Shown here: in pieces, positions 44,001 to 57,700 of the stretch
Numbering within the stretch: position 1 is the first letter of the stretch
Layout of the letters: every line of letters starts with the position of its first letter
DNA from: Ostrea edulis
Taxonomy: Eukaryota
Direction of reading: 5' to 3'
NCBI RefSeq assembly: GCF_947568905.1
Contig: NC_079168.1
Location: 29,884,001 to 29,948,000, forward strand
DNA length: 64,000 nucleotides
Translations under genes and position numbers: made by a program
Notes under the pieces: generated by a model
What the model was told of the DNA's origin: nothing
Databases searched by the model: none
The model's input: only the letters and a program-made list of their open reading frames with translations

Positions 44001-47000
44001 AGTTGATGACAACGGTCTTGTCTTCGTCTTTAGAATATTTGAATTCTGTCTTCCCATCGAAAACAACGCTTCCTTGGTTCAGGGTCATTTCAGAGTCTAA
44101 TTTCACATCCTTGTAAAAAAGAAACATTTAATATTTATCAGTTAGTAAAACAATTTTGATTCAGTCTTTAAATGTTCAAAAACGATATTTTCACAATTAA
44201 TAGTAGTTACCTTGCCAATGCTTGGGATTTCAAAGGACACATCAGCTTTCATAGAGTCTCCTTGAGGAGTAAGGCTGGCACTGGCACCAATTTTCTTGGA
44301 TGTGTCTCTGTCTGCATCCCACATTACAGACCCATCGATAGACTTCTTGCCATATTTAGTCTGATAGGATCCAGACAAAGCAATGCTTCTCTCTGGAAAT
44401 CTCAGCTTCAGGTTGTTTCCATTTTCATAGTTGCTTCGACTGTGGACTAGTGAATGTTCAGCATCGATTCCAAAAATTTGAGAATCATCAATAAGGATAT
44501 CCCATGACGAAAGCATGCGGGAAGATGACATTTCTCCTGATCCCTTGATTTCAACGGATTTGGATGGTGTGGAAACTTTAACTGTAACTTCTTTTCTCTG
44601 ATTATAAGAATCGGTGACATATTTAGTTTCAAATTTCGCTTGTCTCTCTGTTGATGCTGTGTCCAAGTTAATGGAAACAAGGGCATATTTGACGGACTCG
44701 GACATCTCTGCTTCCCCATCGAATTTCATTGGTTGTGGCTCTCTCATCACGAAAGACATAGAGTGTTTTGAATCTTTAGCATAAGCAAATTCCGTGTCCA
44801 GTAATTTTTCATCATTAATTTCGGCAAGGAGGGATTGTTTGGCAGAGTCGCTGGATTTTTCGCTGCTTCCTTGGATGTTAAGACTTCTCAATTTGCTAAA
44901 GGGGGTGCTGATTGTTAGTCCAGCTTTGTGGGTGGTGATTCTCCATGTCTCACTTGTGGAATAGGTTGCATCAGACACAATGGTATGTCCTTTCATCCAT
45001 GAGGCTTTCATGTGGTTTCTGTATTCATTGCCATTTTTATCGTTTTTAACACTGAACCTGACGTTTTCAAGTCCACTAATATCACTGTTGAACTCAAATG
45101 AGCTGTCGATATCTGACATAGACATGTATCTGAATCTAGCATCAGATTTTGCATTTCCAATCGATGTTTGTACATTGACACTAGTGGTGAAGTCCAGGGG
45201 ACGTCCGTTGTGAGAAACCATCAGTTTTGTGGATTTCAAACCAGAAAACGGAGTAGATAAAGCAACATTGAATGACATGGGTGTTGATTCAAGATCGATC
45301 GTAGACTGCAAATTGATGGTATGGTCTTCCCTAGACAAGGTCATTTCGGAGTTGTATTTTCTTCCAGTTGTGGTAGTTTTGACAGTTGCTTTCAGATTTT
45401 TCATACCATCGAATGGCGATTTGAAAAGGATATCTACTTCCATTGGACTGAGGGAGACCTTCCATGCAGCTCTGATATGTTGATCGTTGCCGTATCCAAC
45501 AGAAACAATTGATTCGATGCTGTTCCTGTTTGCCCCATGTTTTACAGTAAGCTTTGTTTGCTCAAATCCACTGAATGGGGTTTTAATAACCAAGATAGAG
45601 CTGATGCGACGCCAGTTTCGCCTGAAAAAATTAAGTGTTCCCTCCATTTTCCCCGTGTTTTCATGCTGGAAATCAGCGCTTGTCCTAAACTGGTCAAGGT
45701 CCCCGCTATGTGAAAATTTAGCATCAATATTACGAAGGTATGGTACCGGTGATTTGACTGACAGTGAGCCCTCAATAGCGTCTGTGTTTTTGAACTGTAC
45801 TGATACAATTGCTTCCTCAGTTCCATACCTTGTGGAGAAATCGGTCTTGAAGTCACCAAGTGTTCCCTCATGATGTAGTTTGGTCATTGTAGTGGAAGAT
45901 ATTCCGTCTATGGTGTATGTAGTTGTCGCTGTGAAGTCAACCAACGAAGCATCATTGTACTGTAAAGTATTTGTTTGACTGAAACTGTATTGACTTCCAA
46001 CGGAAAAGTCCGTTTGTGATTGAAATATACCGTTATCTGACGACTGTGTGTACGTGGTAGAGATATCATTATAAGGACTTTGGAGTTTCAAGGAGTGTTC
46101 TCGTGAAGAATCGCTGACTATGTTACGCAATGAGACTGATACAGTTTGGGAGGATCCATAGACAAGGTTGCTGGACACTTGTAAGTTTTCCAAAGCTCCA
46201 TCTTTGTTCAATGTAAAAACTGTAGATTCGAAACCAGTGAAAGGAGTCTTAAGAGACATTGAGACTGATACTGCGTCAGAGGTATCCAAGGAGCTATCGA
46301 ATTCGATCTTTTTTATATTGTTTCCAACTTCCAAATGAGTAGTGTATCCATTGGAGGACCATGTGTTTGATGTTGAAGCACTCAAAACTTCAAAATCATT
46401 GATAGGGGTCTTCATGTTAAAGTTGGCGTTCAGGCTTGAATCTCGAAGAGAGACAGATAGATCGGCTTCTAATTTTTGATTGCGGAATGTTCCCTCCAGA
46501 TGGGAAATGATGTCCCGTGATGTCAGCTCATGGGTGAACTTCATGTTTTGTTTCTCAAATCCCACGAAAGGCGTCTTTACGACGAGATTGGCTGACATTT
46601 GGGGTTGAAGATCAAAACTGATGTCACTTTCAATTTTCTTTCTATTAAAGTTTCCTTCGGCATGTCCTCGAAGACCATCGGAAGATTTTACAATATCGAC
46701 ACTGAAATCCTGCTCTTCGAAATCTTTGAATGGGGTTTTCAGAGATACCTTAAACTTCTTCTTTAATCCATTAATGACAGTGAGATCAAATTCAGATTTC
46801 TCTTGGTTGAAAAGTACTTCGGCGTGTGTTTGGCAACCCTCACCTGTAGTGTCATGAGAAAACAAAACTTCTTGTTCTTGATAACCTAAGAAAGGTGTTC
46901 TTACTGCAATATTTCCCTCCATTTTTCTGTTGTTTCTAAATGAGATGTCCATTTCTACAGTTTTTTGCATGAGTGTTCCTTCCACTTGAATTTTTGGTCC

Positions 47001-50000
47001 TTTCTTAATAAACTTAATGTTCTGATTCTCCAAATCAGTAAACGGCGTTTTGATCGAGAGACTCCCTTTCTTTGCTGAAAGTTCGCCATCAACTTCAATT
47101 GATTTTTGCCTGTAGCTGCCTTGTGCATGGACTTTCTTATCATCAAATGTAAAGCTTAAACTTTGGGTCTCAAAACCTTTGAGAGTCGATTTAAGAGACA
47201 ACAATCCTTGATTGGATGAGAGCTCGCCGTTAAACTCGATCGTTTCTTGCATGACTGACACGATGGCATGAACCTTACCACTTTCAACTCTGAAGGAGAG
47301 TCTCTGACTTTCGAAACCAGTGTATGGAGTAATGATTTGCAGATCTGCGTCAACAATTGTATCGATATTCAAACTGGCTGTAAGTTCAATCTTCTTCCTC
47401 TGGTAGGTAACTTCTGCACGCGTTTGATACCCACGAAGGGTTCTCTCGTTATCTATGGAAATTGCTTGTTCTTCAAATCCTGGGAAAGGTGTTTTTAATG
47501 AAAGCGTGTGTTGGATTCCATTTCTGGTGAAAATGGAGTACTCGAGCTGAACAATCTTTCCTCTAAATGTTCCCTTTACTTGAAGGGTCTCTCCGTTTAC
47601 AGTGAAGAGTATTTCTTGTGTTTCGAATCCTTCAAATGGAGTCCTTATCAATAGATTACCAGCCTCAAAATCCACATTTGCATCGACTTCCACTTTCTTG
47701 CCACGGGCTGAAGCCTCGAAATGCGATTGGATGCCAGTCTTTTCAAAACTGTGGACAAAGGATGCTGATTGCTTTTCGTAGCCAGAGTATGGTGTTGTGA
47801 TTATGACAGAACTAGTCGAACCTGGTCTTTTGTTCAATGTAGCCTCAACAGAAATTTCATCCTTTTCAATTCCGACTTTGGCAACACTCGAGATACCATT
47901 AGCATTTACTTCATGGTTGAAAGAAGCGGTAAACATGTTCATTCCTGCTATCGGAGTTTTGATAGTTGCACTTGCAGATATGGATTTCTTGTTGTTGAAG
48001 GCGGTATCCATTTCAACTGTTTTACCTCTCATAGTTCCTTCCACATGATTTCTGAATCCCCATCCAGAGCTGATATGGTTAAAGGCCAATTTCATTTCCT
48101 CAAACCCATTGAAAGGAGTTTTCAACACAATGCTACCTTGGAGTGGCGTTTTGTCGAAGCTAAGATCTGCAGAAATACTCTTTTGACGGAAGGTAGCTTT
48201 AGTTGTCGTCTTTAATCCGGAGGAAGAAAGAGAGTAAGTAAAGTCAGCCTTAGATTCTCTAAATCCTTCAAACGGTGTTGTGATGATGAATTTACCACTC
48301 ATTCCATCATCAAAAGCAATTTCAGCAGCACTGATGATAGATTTGTCTCCTGAATGCATGTTTATACTGCTTTTAATTTGGCCATCATTGTTTTCGTGAG
48401 TGAACGAGGCACCACTAGTTTCACTGAATGGAGTTGATAATCTTACAGTTCCTTCTTTAATTCCATTATTAGAATAGGTAATATCTGCTTGAGTATTTTC
48501 TCCATTGACATTCAGTTCAGCGTGGGATTGCATGGAGCTTGTTGACTGTGCATGGGTGAAAGTTCCAGACAATTTTCCAGCTATGCTTTTGATGTTGAAA
48601 GATACAGAAATAGGTTTGAAGTCATAAGAAATATCAGCAGATAGCATTTCCTTTCCGGATAAACTGATTTTTCCATTGCATCTAAAGTTGTTCAGATCTC
48701 CATCATGGCGGAAATGAGCTTGAACATCATCTAATTGACGGAGTGGAGTTTTCAAAGACATTTGTCCGCTGACTGACGACAGGACATCGAGGGAGGTGTC
48801 AATTTCTATTTGTTTTCTTCCACTATACGAAATTTCTCCTACAGTTTTAAAGTTTGTAACTGGTCCATTATGTTTCAGCATGACTTTGATATCTTCAGAG
48901 AATGGAGTTTTCAGAGTCACGAAGCCATTCATCCCACTGCGTCGATTGAGTCCGAAATTAGCTGTCACTTTCTTACCGTTGAAACTGCCTGAAGACTGGA
49001 TATTGAAATTCTCTGAAGTACCATCTTGTGACACGGAGACTTGAATGTTCTTCACCACTGGACATTTTGATTTCAGGGAAGCTTCGAAGGATAACGAAGA
49101 AACGGTGTTAAAGGAAAGCTTTCCTTGGATTTTCTTCTCCCCGCCATAAGTCAATTCAGTGCCGCTCTTGAATCTCTGACCTGATCCAGCATGATTAAGT
49201 TTAAAAATGATATCGTCAGAAGATGGCCGTTTGATGAAGCCATCAATGTTTACTTTTCTGTCGGTGTCTACGGTCAACTGAACTTCGGATTTCTGGCCTT
49301 CAAGTGAATAATCGGCATGACTGTTAAAATTCCATATTCCTCCATTATGTCGGAAGGAAAAGTCACTCTCTCGATAATCAGTAAACGGCGTGCGTATGGC
49401 CAGTGTTCCCTCAATTGGACCAAGGCTGTTAAAGGTCACGTCACCCTCCACTTTTTCACCATTAGCAGATACCTCAGCATGGCATTTGAAGTTGCTTATT
49501 CTTCCTGCATGGGAAAATGAAGCAGATAAACTGTTGATTTTTCCGAATGTGGTAGTCACTGCTGCTCTGCCAGAGATGTCGTTAGTTGAGTCGAACTCTG
49601 TTGTAAATATAATATTCTGTTTGCCATAATTCATTTGTACATCTGTCTTGAATTGTCTACTTGTACCCGAGTGTTTTATAGTGGCTTTCAGAGGTTTTTT
49701 GTAAATCGTATCTAAGATGAGTAATCCCTGCACCGGAGAGGAGTTCAGAGAGAATCTTCCATCCAAAAGACTTTTACTTCCGTATTTGATTGTTGAAGAA
49801 GTAAACATAGGAGAACTTTTATGAAGAAAGGTACCCTCAATTGTTTTGATGTATGGCGACTTGACAATTACTTTTCCTTCCAGGTTGGCCAAAGAACTGA
49901 AATTCACGTCCATTTCAGATTTGTCGTTGTTGTGTTGAAATTGGAGATGGCTTCTGAAGTTGTTGAATGTTCCGTCATGCGAAATACTGCCTTTCAGACG

Positions 50001-53000
50001 ATGCATGAATTGAAAAGGAGTTGTCAACTGCATATTTCCTTTGATGTGATCAATTACGTCCATGTCAATGTCACCGGTAAATTTCTTGTTGGACACATCA
50101 GACCCTTCGGCATGGATTTGGAACTTCTTCCATGTGCCTTTGTGAGAAAACGATCCTTGTAGCATTTCATAATCTTTGAACGGTGTTTGGACTGACATTT
50201 CAACTGAAATATCAGACTCAAAATCCATTTTCAGGCTCGAGGCAATTCTCTTTTTATTCAGGAACATGATATTTACTTGGTTGTTGAAATTTTGTAAGGA
50301 CCCATCATGTGTCACGGACAGTTCAGTATTTTCAAACTTCCTGAATGGAGTTTGAAGTGCAATTGAGACAGCGATCTTTGGATCTATGGTGAATATAATA
50401 TCTCCATTATATAGTTTCTTCTTTCCTAATGTTACTTCTCCGTGACATTTAAAATCACGAAGAGTCCCTTGATGAGAAAGGATGACTCCTGCCTTTTTCA
50501 GTCCCTTAAACGGTGTTTCAAAGGAAATATCAGCTTTGAAATTTGGTCGGATAGACATCATAAGATCTGCAGTGATAAATTCCTTTCCAATTGAACCACG
50601 AACGCTTGTTTTGAAACTCCTCTTATTTCCGCTGAACTTCCAGATTCCCTTCATCTTCTTGTACCCGGGAATTGGGGTGGCCATGTTGACAATAACAACA
50701 GAAGCTGATCCTCGTTTCATGGTAATATCGGCTGTATATTTGTTTCCTTTGCCTAGAAGTGCGTTTGTAATTACTCTCATATTCGTTGGTTTGCCTTTCT
50801 TGACAAGAGTAAGTGTGATTGTTTCGGTGAATGGATTTTGAATCTGAATTTTTGCTTTAGTGCTCTTCTTATTTACCAAATCCGCATTCAATTTAAACTG
50901 CATTTTCTTGTCTACTTTTACAGCACCTGTCGTTGAAAAGCCTGAAAGATCTCCGGAGTGTTTGAATGTTGCTGATACATCCTTATGGAATGGTGTTTTT
51001 AGTGTAGCTGATCCAATCAATTTCTTTCCGTTTGAGAATGCAACAGATGTTTCATATATAACCTTTCTTCCTTTTTTCAGTGACGCACTGGTATCAAAAG
51101 TCTTAAGTGAGCCTTCGTGAGAAAATGCAGCCGTCATATCATCCACAAAGGAAGATTTGAATTCCAAAGATCCGATAGTCTTCTTTGCATTTTTGAACAT
51201 TGCAGTGATTGACCCTTTATGTTTACCATATTTAGCATCGGCAGTGATTTTGAAGTCCTTAACTTTACCAGCATGTGAAAAAGATGTTGCAAAGTCATCT
51301 GTGACTGGAGAGTCAAATGATAAGGACCCTGTCCATGTTTTGGCGAGTGAAAGCTTAGCATTGGCCTCGTACTTCTTGGATTTGCCATACTGAAATTCAG
51401 CCTGAGATACAAAATCTGTCATTTCTCCTTTATGCTGGAATGACGCTCTCATGTCTTCTGACAAAGGGGATTTGATGCTAATACTACCAGTTTGTTGGCT
51501 ATATTTGGCATCCAATTCATATTTCTTTCCTCTGCCATATAAAGCATCCAAATGTGAGCTAAAATCGGATATGATACCCATATGTTTGAAAGAAGCGGCT
51601 ATATCATCATGGAGTGGAGATTTAATCAAAATACTACCAGCTGATTTGCCATAATTTCCAGTAATTTCGTATTTCTTTGACTTTCCATACTGCATTTCAG
51701 CGTGGGAAGAGAATTGGGAAATGGACCCTTCGTGGTTGAATGCAGCAATAAAATCTTTTGCAAAGGGAGATCTTAGTACCAAAGTTCCTTCTAACTTCTT
51801 ATCATTGGAAAAGGTTAAGTCTCCTTGAATTTTCTTTCCTCGGGTGTATTCAATCTCACCATGACATTGGAATTGACGACTATTGCCGGTATGACGAATC
51901 AATGCTGCAGAATAGGGAAGCTCTTGGAAAGGTGTTGTGAGAGCAATACTGCCTTCAAGATTTTGAAGATTTGGGCGTAAAGTAGACTCCACCTTAATTG
52001 TTTTACCTGGCAAATATTCAACACTCAGTTCGGTAACTTTCTTTGCCTTTTGGTCATTATGTGTAAATGAGACACTGCTTTGTTTATACTGCTCAAATGG
52101 GGTTTTGACCTGGATGCTTGCTATTATTCCACCGTATGAACTCCATTGAGAAGTAACGGACATAGCTCCAACTAAAGGATCGACCATCAAATTAGCACTG
52201 GTATGGAATGATTTGGAATTGCCTGAGAACTCGGCACCAATGGTCATTTTGCGAAGATTTCTATGTGGTGTCGTTAAAACAGTGTTAAAACTCTTCTTGT
52301 TATTCCATTGTCCACGATTTTCCATCGTGATGGAATCTCCAGATGGTAGGACGATGGATGATCTTGTAACAGTTTCACCTCTTTCGTTGGATTGGTCCAT
52401 ACTAAGCTTCAACTTTTCTACTCCAGGTATCTGACTTACTAGTTCGACTCTTCCGCTCATCAGTCCAGTTGGAAGGAAATCAAAATGTCCATCTATCATA
52501 CCAAGGGATTTCTTGTTAGAAAGATATTCAACTTTACCTGTTAGAGGATAGCGATCATATTGAGAGGAGATTGACAGGCTCTTAGTGTCTCCATGGCATG
52601 AAAGAGTGTGACTTGATGTAGCAACTCCGTTGTGTCGTTTATAGATGTTCACCAAAGAGAGGACTTTCCTTCCTTTACTACTGTAATTGATCTGGTTATC
52701 GATCATTCCAACACCGTGTTCATGCGAAATCGTCAGAGCAATGTCTTCAGCAATGCTAAAGGGAGAACGCAAAGTTGTATCGAAAGATAGTGTTCCACGT
52801 GGAATTGACATACTCTGCTTTGCATTTACACTGAAGTCAACGATGCTACCATCGGATCCAAATTTGAAAATAGTTTGGATCTCTTCAAATGTGTTTCTGT
52901 GAGCCCAGGAGGATTCTACTTGTCTTGATGGACTGCTTAGCTTGACATTGCCACTGCTCTGTAAATTCCATCCATTTCGAAAATGCATTACCTTTCCAAG

Positions 53001-54673
53001 GTAGCTGTAAGTGTTTCCGTTGTGCTCGAAAGTAAGGCTATTTTCAAATCTCTTTCCGGTGTCAACATGTTTTGCAGCAAGGTAGAGAGATGCTATTTGT
53101 TGCAGAGTTGATTTCATACTCAGTCTTCCTGTGATATCTCTGGAAGAAGACGTCGTTTGGTCAGCAGCAAGCATATCCGCTTGAAGGAAATCCTTGTTCC
53201 AAGACAATTTGATCATACTTTCAATTCGTCCGGTCTTCTTGTGCTTCATTTCGACTCCAGATCTTTCAAATCCTGGAACTGGTGTTTTTAAATCAAGACT
53301 TGCTTCAAAATCATCCCATTGCAATGGCCGTTTCACGGAGAGGGTGGAAGACATGCGCTTCATTGGTTTCCAGTCAATCTCTATGTTTGTCGAAGATTGT
53401 GTTTTGTCAAGTTGATGACCAGCATTGATATTAATGGATTTGTAGTCTTTGAATGGAGATGCAATTTTCAGACCAGCCTTGTAGCCATTCTTTTCCTTAC
53501 CAAACATAGAGTCTACGGAAACTTTCTTTTTATTCCATTCAGCATGGGCATGGGTAGAATATTTAGCTCCACTCTGGTGTTTCAGATTAATACTGCCCGA
53601 TCCCAAAGGACTTACTTTTGAAATTGTAGCTTCCAAGTTCTCAATTCCTTCAAAGGTAATGTCGCCTTGTAGCATCAGTTGTTTTGAAGGGTCTTTATTT
53701 GCATCCCATTTAACATCCAATTTGCTGGAGTACACTGGCGATTTCATTCGAGTGTCAAACTCCGCTATGATTTTGCGGGCGGGATTTTCGATATCAGCTG
53801 CCAACTGGATTCTAGATCCAGGACGGACCAGAGAGGACAGGGAAACTGCATATTTTGTTTTGCCATATTGAACTTCAGAGTTGGCCTGTAGATTTGTAGG
53901 AATGAGTCTGTACTGTCCTGAGACAGTCAACATTTCGTAGGAGGGAATGTTGAAAGAGGTAGAGATGTCGTATTCCTTTACTGCAACTTGGCGTACCTTT
54001 GTTTGGATGACGCATTTCTTTCCGTTTTCCAGTTGAATTGTGATAACGTTGCTGCATTTCTTGGCGTTGGTTTGATCAAAGATATTGCTGATGACAATAT
54101 CTCTGCCTGGAATAGAAATGCCTAGTTTACCTACCAGACTTCTAAATTTCTTGGATTTGTCTTTAAGCTCCAAAGAAGCACTGTAGGAGGATTTCGTGCC
54201 AAAGAGGACATCCAAGGAAGAATCAATTGATTTGGAAGTCTGAACATGTTTTCCTTTCATTTGATAGTTCACACCCTGTAAGTATATCAAAAATCAATAT
54301 TGATATCTCAAGAAAACTAGGAACATAGTACTGAATATTGAATTAAATGATATGGAAGCAAACCCTGGTACTTGGGATTTTACTTACAAGGTACGGGAAG
54401 ATGAATTTGGTGTTAGCGTCAAGATTGAACTTCTTCTGTTTCTTATTCAGAATATGATTCATTGCAGTGGCAATCTCAATCCGCTTCTTCATATCTTTCT
54501 TGTTTGCTCCGTATTGGACAATGACAGTGGCCTCGGAGTGTTTCCAGTTCTTGCTGATATCGAAGTTGACGTTGACGTTGCAGTCAGATTGCTGTTTGAA
54601 GCTCAGAATCCTGAATCAAATAACATTTTTAATTGAAAAACATTTAAATATATCTCATGCGTATTGCATACAG

Positions 54674-54723
<50 letters not shown>

Positions 54724-57700
54724 TTGTAAAATATCAGTATTTATGGATACAAATTTTTGCCCTAATCCGGAGTTATTTTAATCTTACATGTTTCCTTTTG
54801 CAGCTGAAAGGCTCTTCGTGTTGGCAACATTAAGTTTTCCATTTAGAGTGACCCTGTCTCTTTTGACACGGGGAATGACGTAATCAAGTGTTGATCGTAC
54901 TATGGCTATTTTCTTATTTTTCAACAGGAACATGGAAGTTAACTTTGTTGTTAAGATGGGAGATTTGATGTCGATTTTGGATCGTATTCCTGTACTCTTT
55001 TTGTTACTAGCATCTCTCAGTTGAACTGGAACGATAGATGAACATTTGTGAGTATACTGAAGTCAGATAAAAGCTAGCGAAAGTATCATCTAACATTGAC
55101 TATTTCTGCTTGATTAACTTACCGAAGAATTTCATGGGTTTGGAAACGATGCGATCAACGGTTAAATCGACCTTTAAAGCCTTTCCGCTTCTGTATTCAG
55201 CTGAACCTCCAAAGCTTATGAGTTCCTTTTCAGGTGTTTTGATGGATAGATATGGTCTATACTTAGCAGCTTTCTTAGTAGCATATTTCTGAACTCTGGA
55301 CTCAATCACATACTCTTTCTTCTTCTCAAAGCTGATACTGGCTTTAGCTAACACCACCACGCGCTTTGTAGCATAATTTACTGAAACGAAATATATAATC
55401 CTGAAAGTTTAGGCCATCAATCCGAGAGAAAAAAAACCCCGAAAATAATTGTAAAGAAACGTGATTAAGAAGTGACAATTTTTCAAAGTGTGAACTAAAT
55501 ATTACCTGAAATCTTAATTGGTTGTTTGGATACTCCGCTTAACACCAAATTAGCGTCTAAAACTTTCATTCCTTCGTAGTTGATTCCTCCTTTAAGTTGG
55601 ATGGGTTTCATTTTGGGAGCAGATATCTCCACATTAGGTGTATAAGTATAAGAGTTACCCTTCCTCTTTTTTGCCAGTTCTGCAACTACTGAGTATTCCC
55701 TCTTATTGTGGACGAATTTTCCACTAACATGTTTCAGATTTTTTTCATTCTGGAGTTTACCTATGTTAAACATTCAAAGAGTATTGTGAATTATGTCTGT
55801 CAAACGGGGATTATAATTCATTGTATATTAGCTTGATATTTTGTAGCATACCTGTAAAGGCATATTTACTCCATGGTGACTGTAAACCAAGCTGAATTTT
55901 AGAGTCCGCTTTGTTCAGAAGAAATTCTGCGGAAAGAGCCCTGTCAATTCGTGATCCTGGTGTGTCAAAAGCCATACGGATGTTAACGTCCTTCTTGCTC
56001 TAGTGACAGAAAATAATGATACAAATTTGGGTTCGTTTCCTCAAAAGAGAAATAATTGTCAATGCTATAACTGTACGTGTGGAAAACATAAATACTTTAC
56101 CGAGGTAAACCTAGCCTCTATATTATATGACTTGTGCGAATCAGCTTTCAACAGGGATAGATCAATATTCACTGGTCCAGTCAGAGGGAAGTACGGGGCG
56201 TTGGCATCAAGAGATGCATTGGGAAATTGAATTTCTCCGCACAATTTCAGTCCAGTGACTTTGGAAAGACGGGATCCAGTGCATGTTTTGTGAGTCTGCC
56301 TATTTTTTGTGATCATTTTTTGTTCTTTTTCCGCATCTCGGTGAACAGTAAAGAAAGCAGTCCTACAAATATTTCATTTCAAAAAAATTCCCTTTTTGCT
56401 CTGTAAATACTTGTAATCAGTCAATAAATAGCAATCTTAGAAAATACCGTACTTCAGGCTAAATATTTCCATTTTGTCTTTCGGCATGTCCAAGTTGGCA
56501 TTGAAAATCTTTCCATCTTGCAATTCTAAATGACCTTTTAGCAGCGTGCTGGAGTGAACAGTTGACACCATTTTCAATCCGCTCTTTGTCACAAAAGCAT
56601 CGACACTCATCATACTAGAGATCTCGACTGCAGCACTACAAACAAAATATTATATATATTCTCAATTTAGTGTATTAGTGTATCATTCTTTTGTTATCTG
56701 GATGAAATGTACGTTGCAATGCGAGTTTTACTTAAATGTCACAGATAGATAAGACGATTTGTTTGAAGGCAAAAGCAATGCTCTAACCTGGGTTGAATTG
56801 ATCCACTAATAAGAAGACTACTCGGACTTGTACCCAGCTTTCGGAGATCAGCCTTTCCGGAGGCTTTCATGTCAATTGTGGCTGTTCCGTTAATTGTCAA
56901 ATTCAATGGGAATCCAGCACTGGTTGGAATAATCATGGAAGTGTCCAAGAACATGATGTTCTGTGTGAAGGAATAGTCGTGGTTTTTAGACATGCTGATC
57001 AACATCTCTAGAATGTTGAAACTATCTCCACTCAAAAGACTCTCAAATCCGTTGAAACTGTTGTAGGATAATTCGTTTCCAAACATTCGCATGTATAGAG
57101 CTCCTTTTAGTTGATCCATTCCCATACCGAACTACATGTATAAAATAAACGTTGTATATGATCTTTTCAGAGAGTTAAAAATATCCAAAAAGTCACATAA
57201 AAAGAATATGAATGTAAAATGTAAAAATGTATACCTGGCTGTCGATTTTCTTCATTTTCTTGGCATCAATACCTTTAACAACCTGGCTGGTTGCCTTCTT
57301 GACATCCTTTTCGGTAAAATACCCATTGGGTCCAAAGTAGGATTCCAAGAAAAACTCCAGACCTTCAACTCGTCCTCCTATTTCAAGAATGTTAACAGAT
57401 CTTCCGAACAAGTCTACTGTCAGGTTAGCCATCAGTGATCGCGGAATGAATGATTTCGACGACCAGATCAAATTACTTTCAACTGAAGCCCCTGTGTTGA
57501 TTTTCTCGAGGAAGAAGGATCCTTCGTAATTTCTAGAAAACTTTCTCTTGTCCATATCAAATTCTTTTTTCAGGTACTCGTTTTCCAGGATGGATCTGAT
57601 CTCCTGTTTCAGTGGACTGGAGGATTCCATCAAATTTGTGAGATGAGACCAGATGAAAGAACCGACTTGGTTAACCTCTTCTTTCTCCAGAGCGTATTGA

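Noticed and set aside
44172-54057. Many plus-strand ORFs of 60-150 aa overlapping the giant exon
   Set aside because: Antisense shadows of a long coding exon, with no motifs or independent gene structure.
55051-55058. Alternative acceptor (TTCAG|TATAC) for exon 17 of the lipid transfer gene
   Set aside because: It leads to an in-frame stop within about 16 codons. The acceptor at 55025 keeps the frame open.
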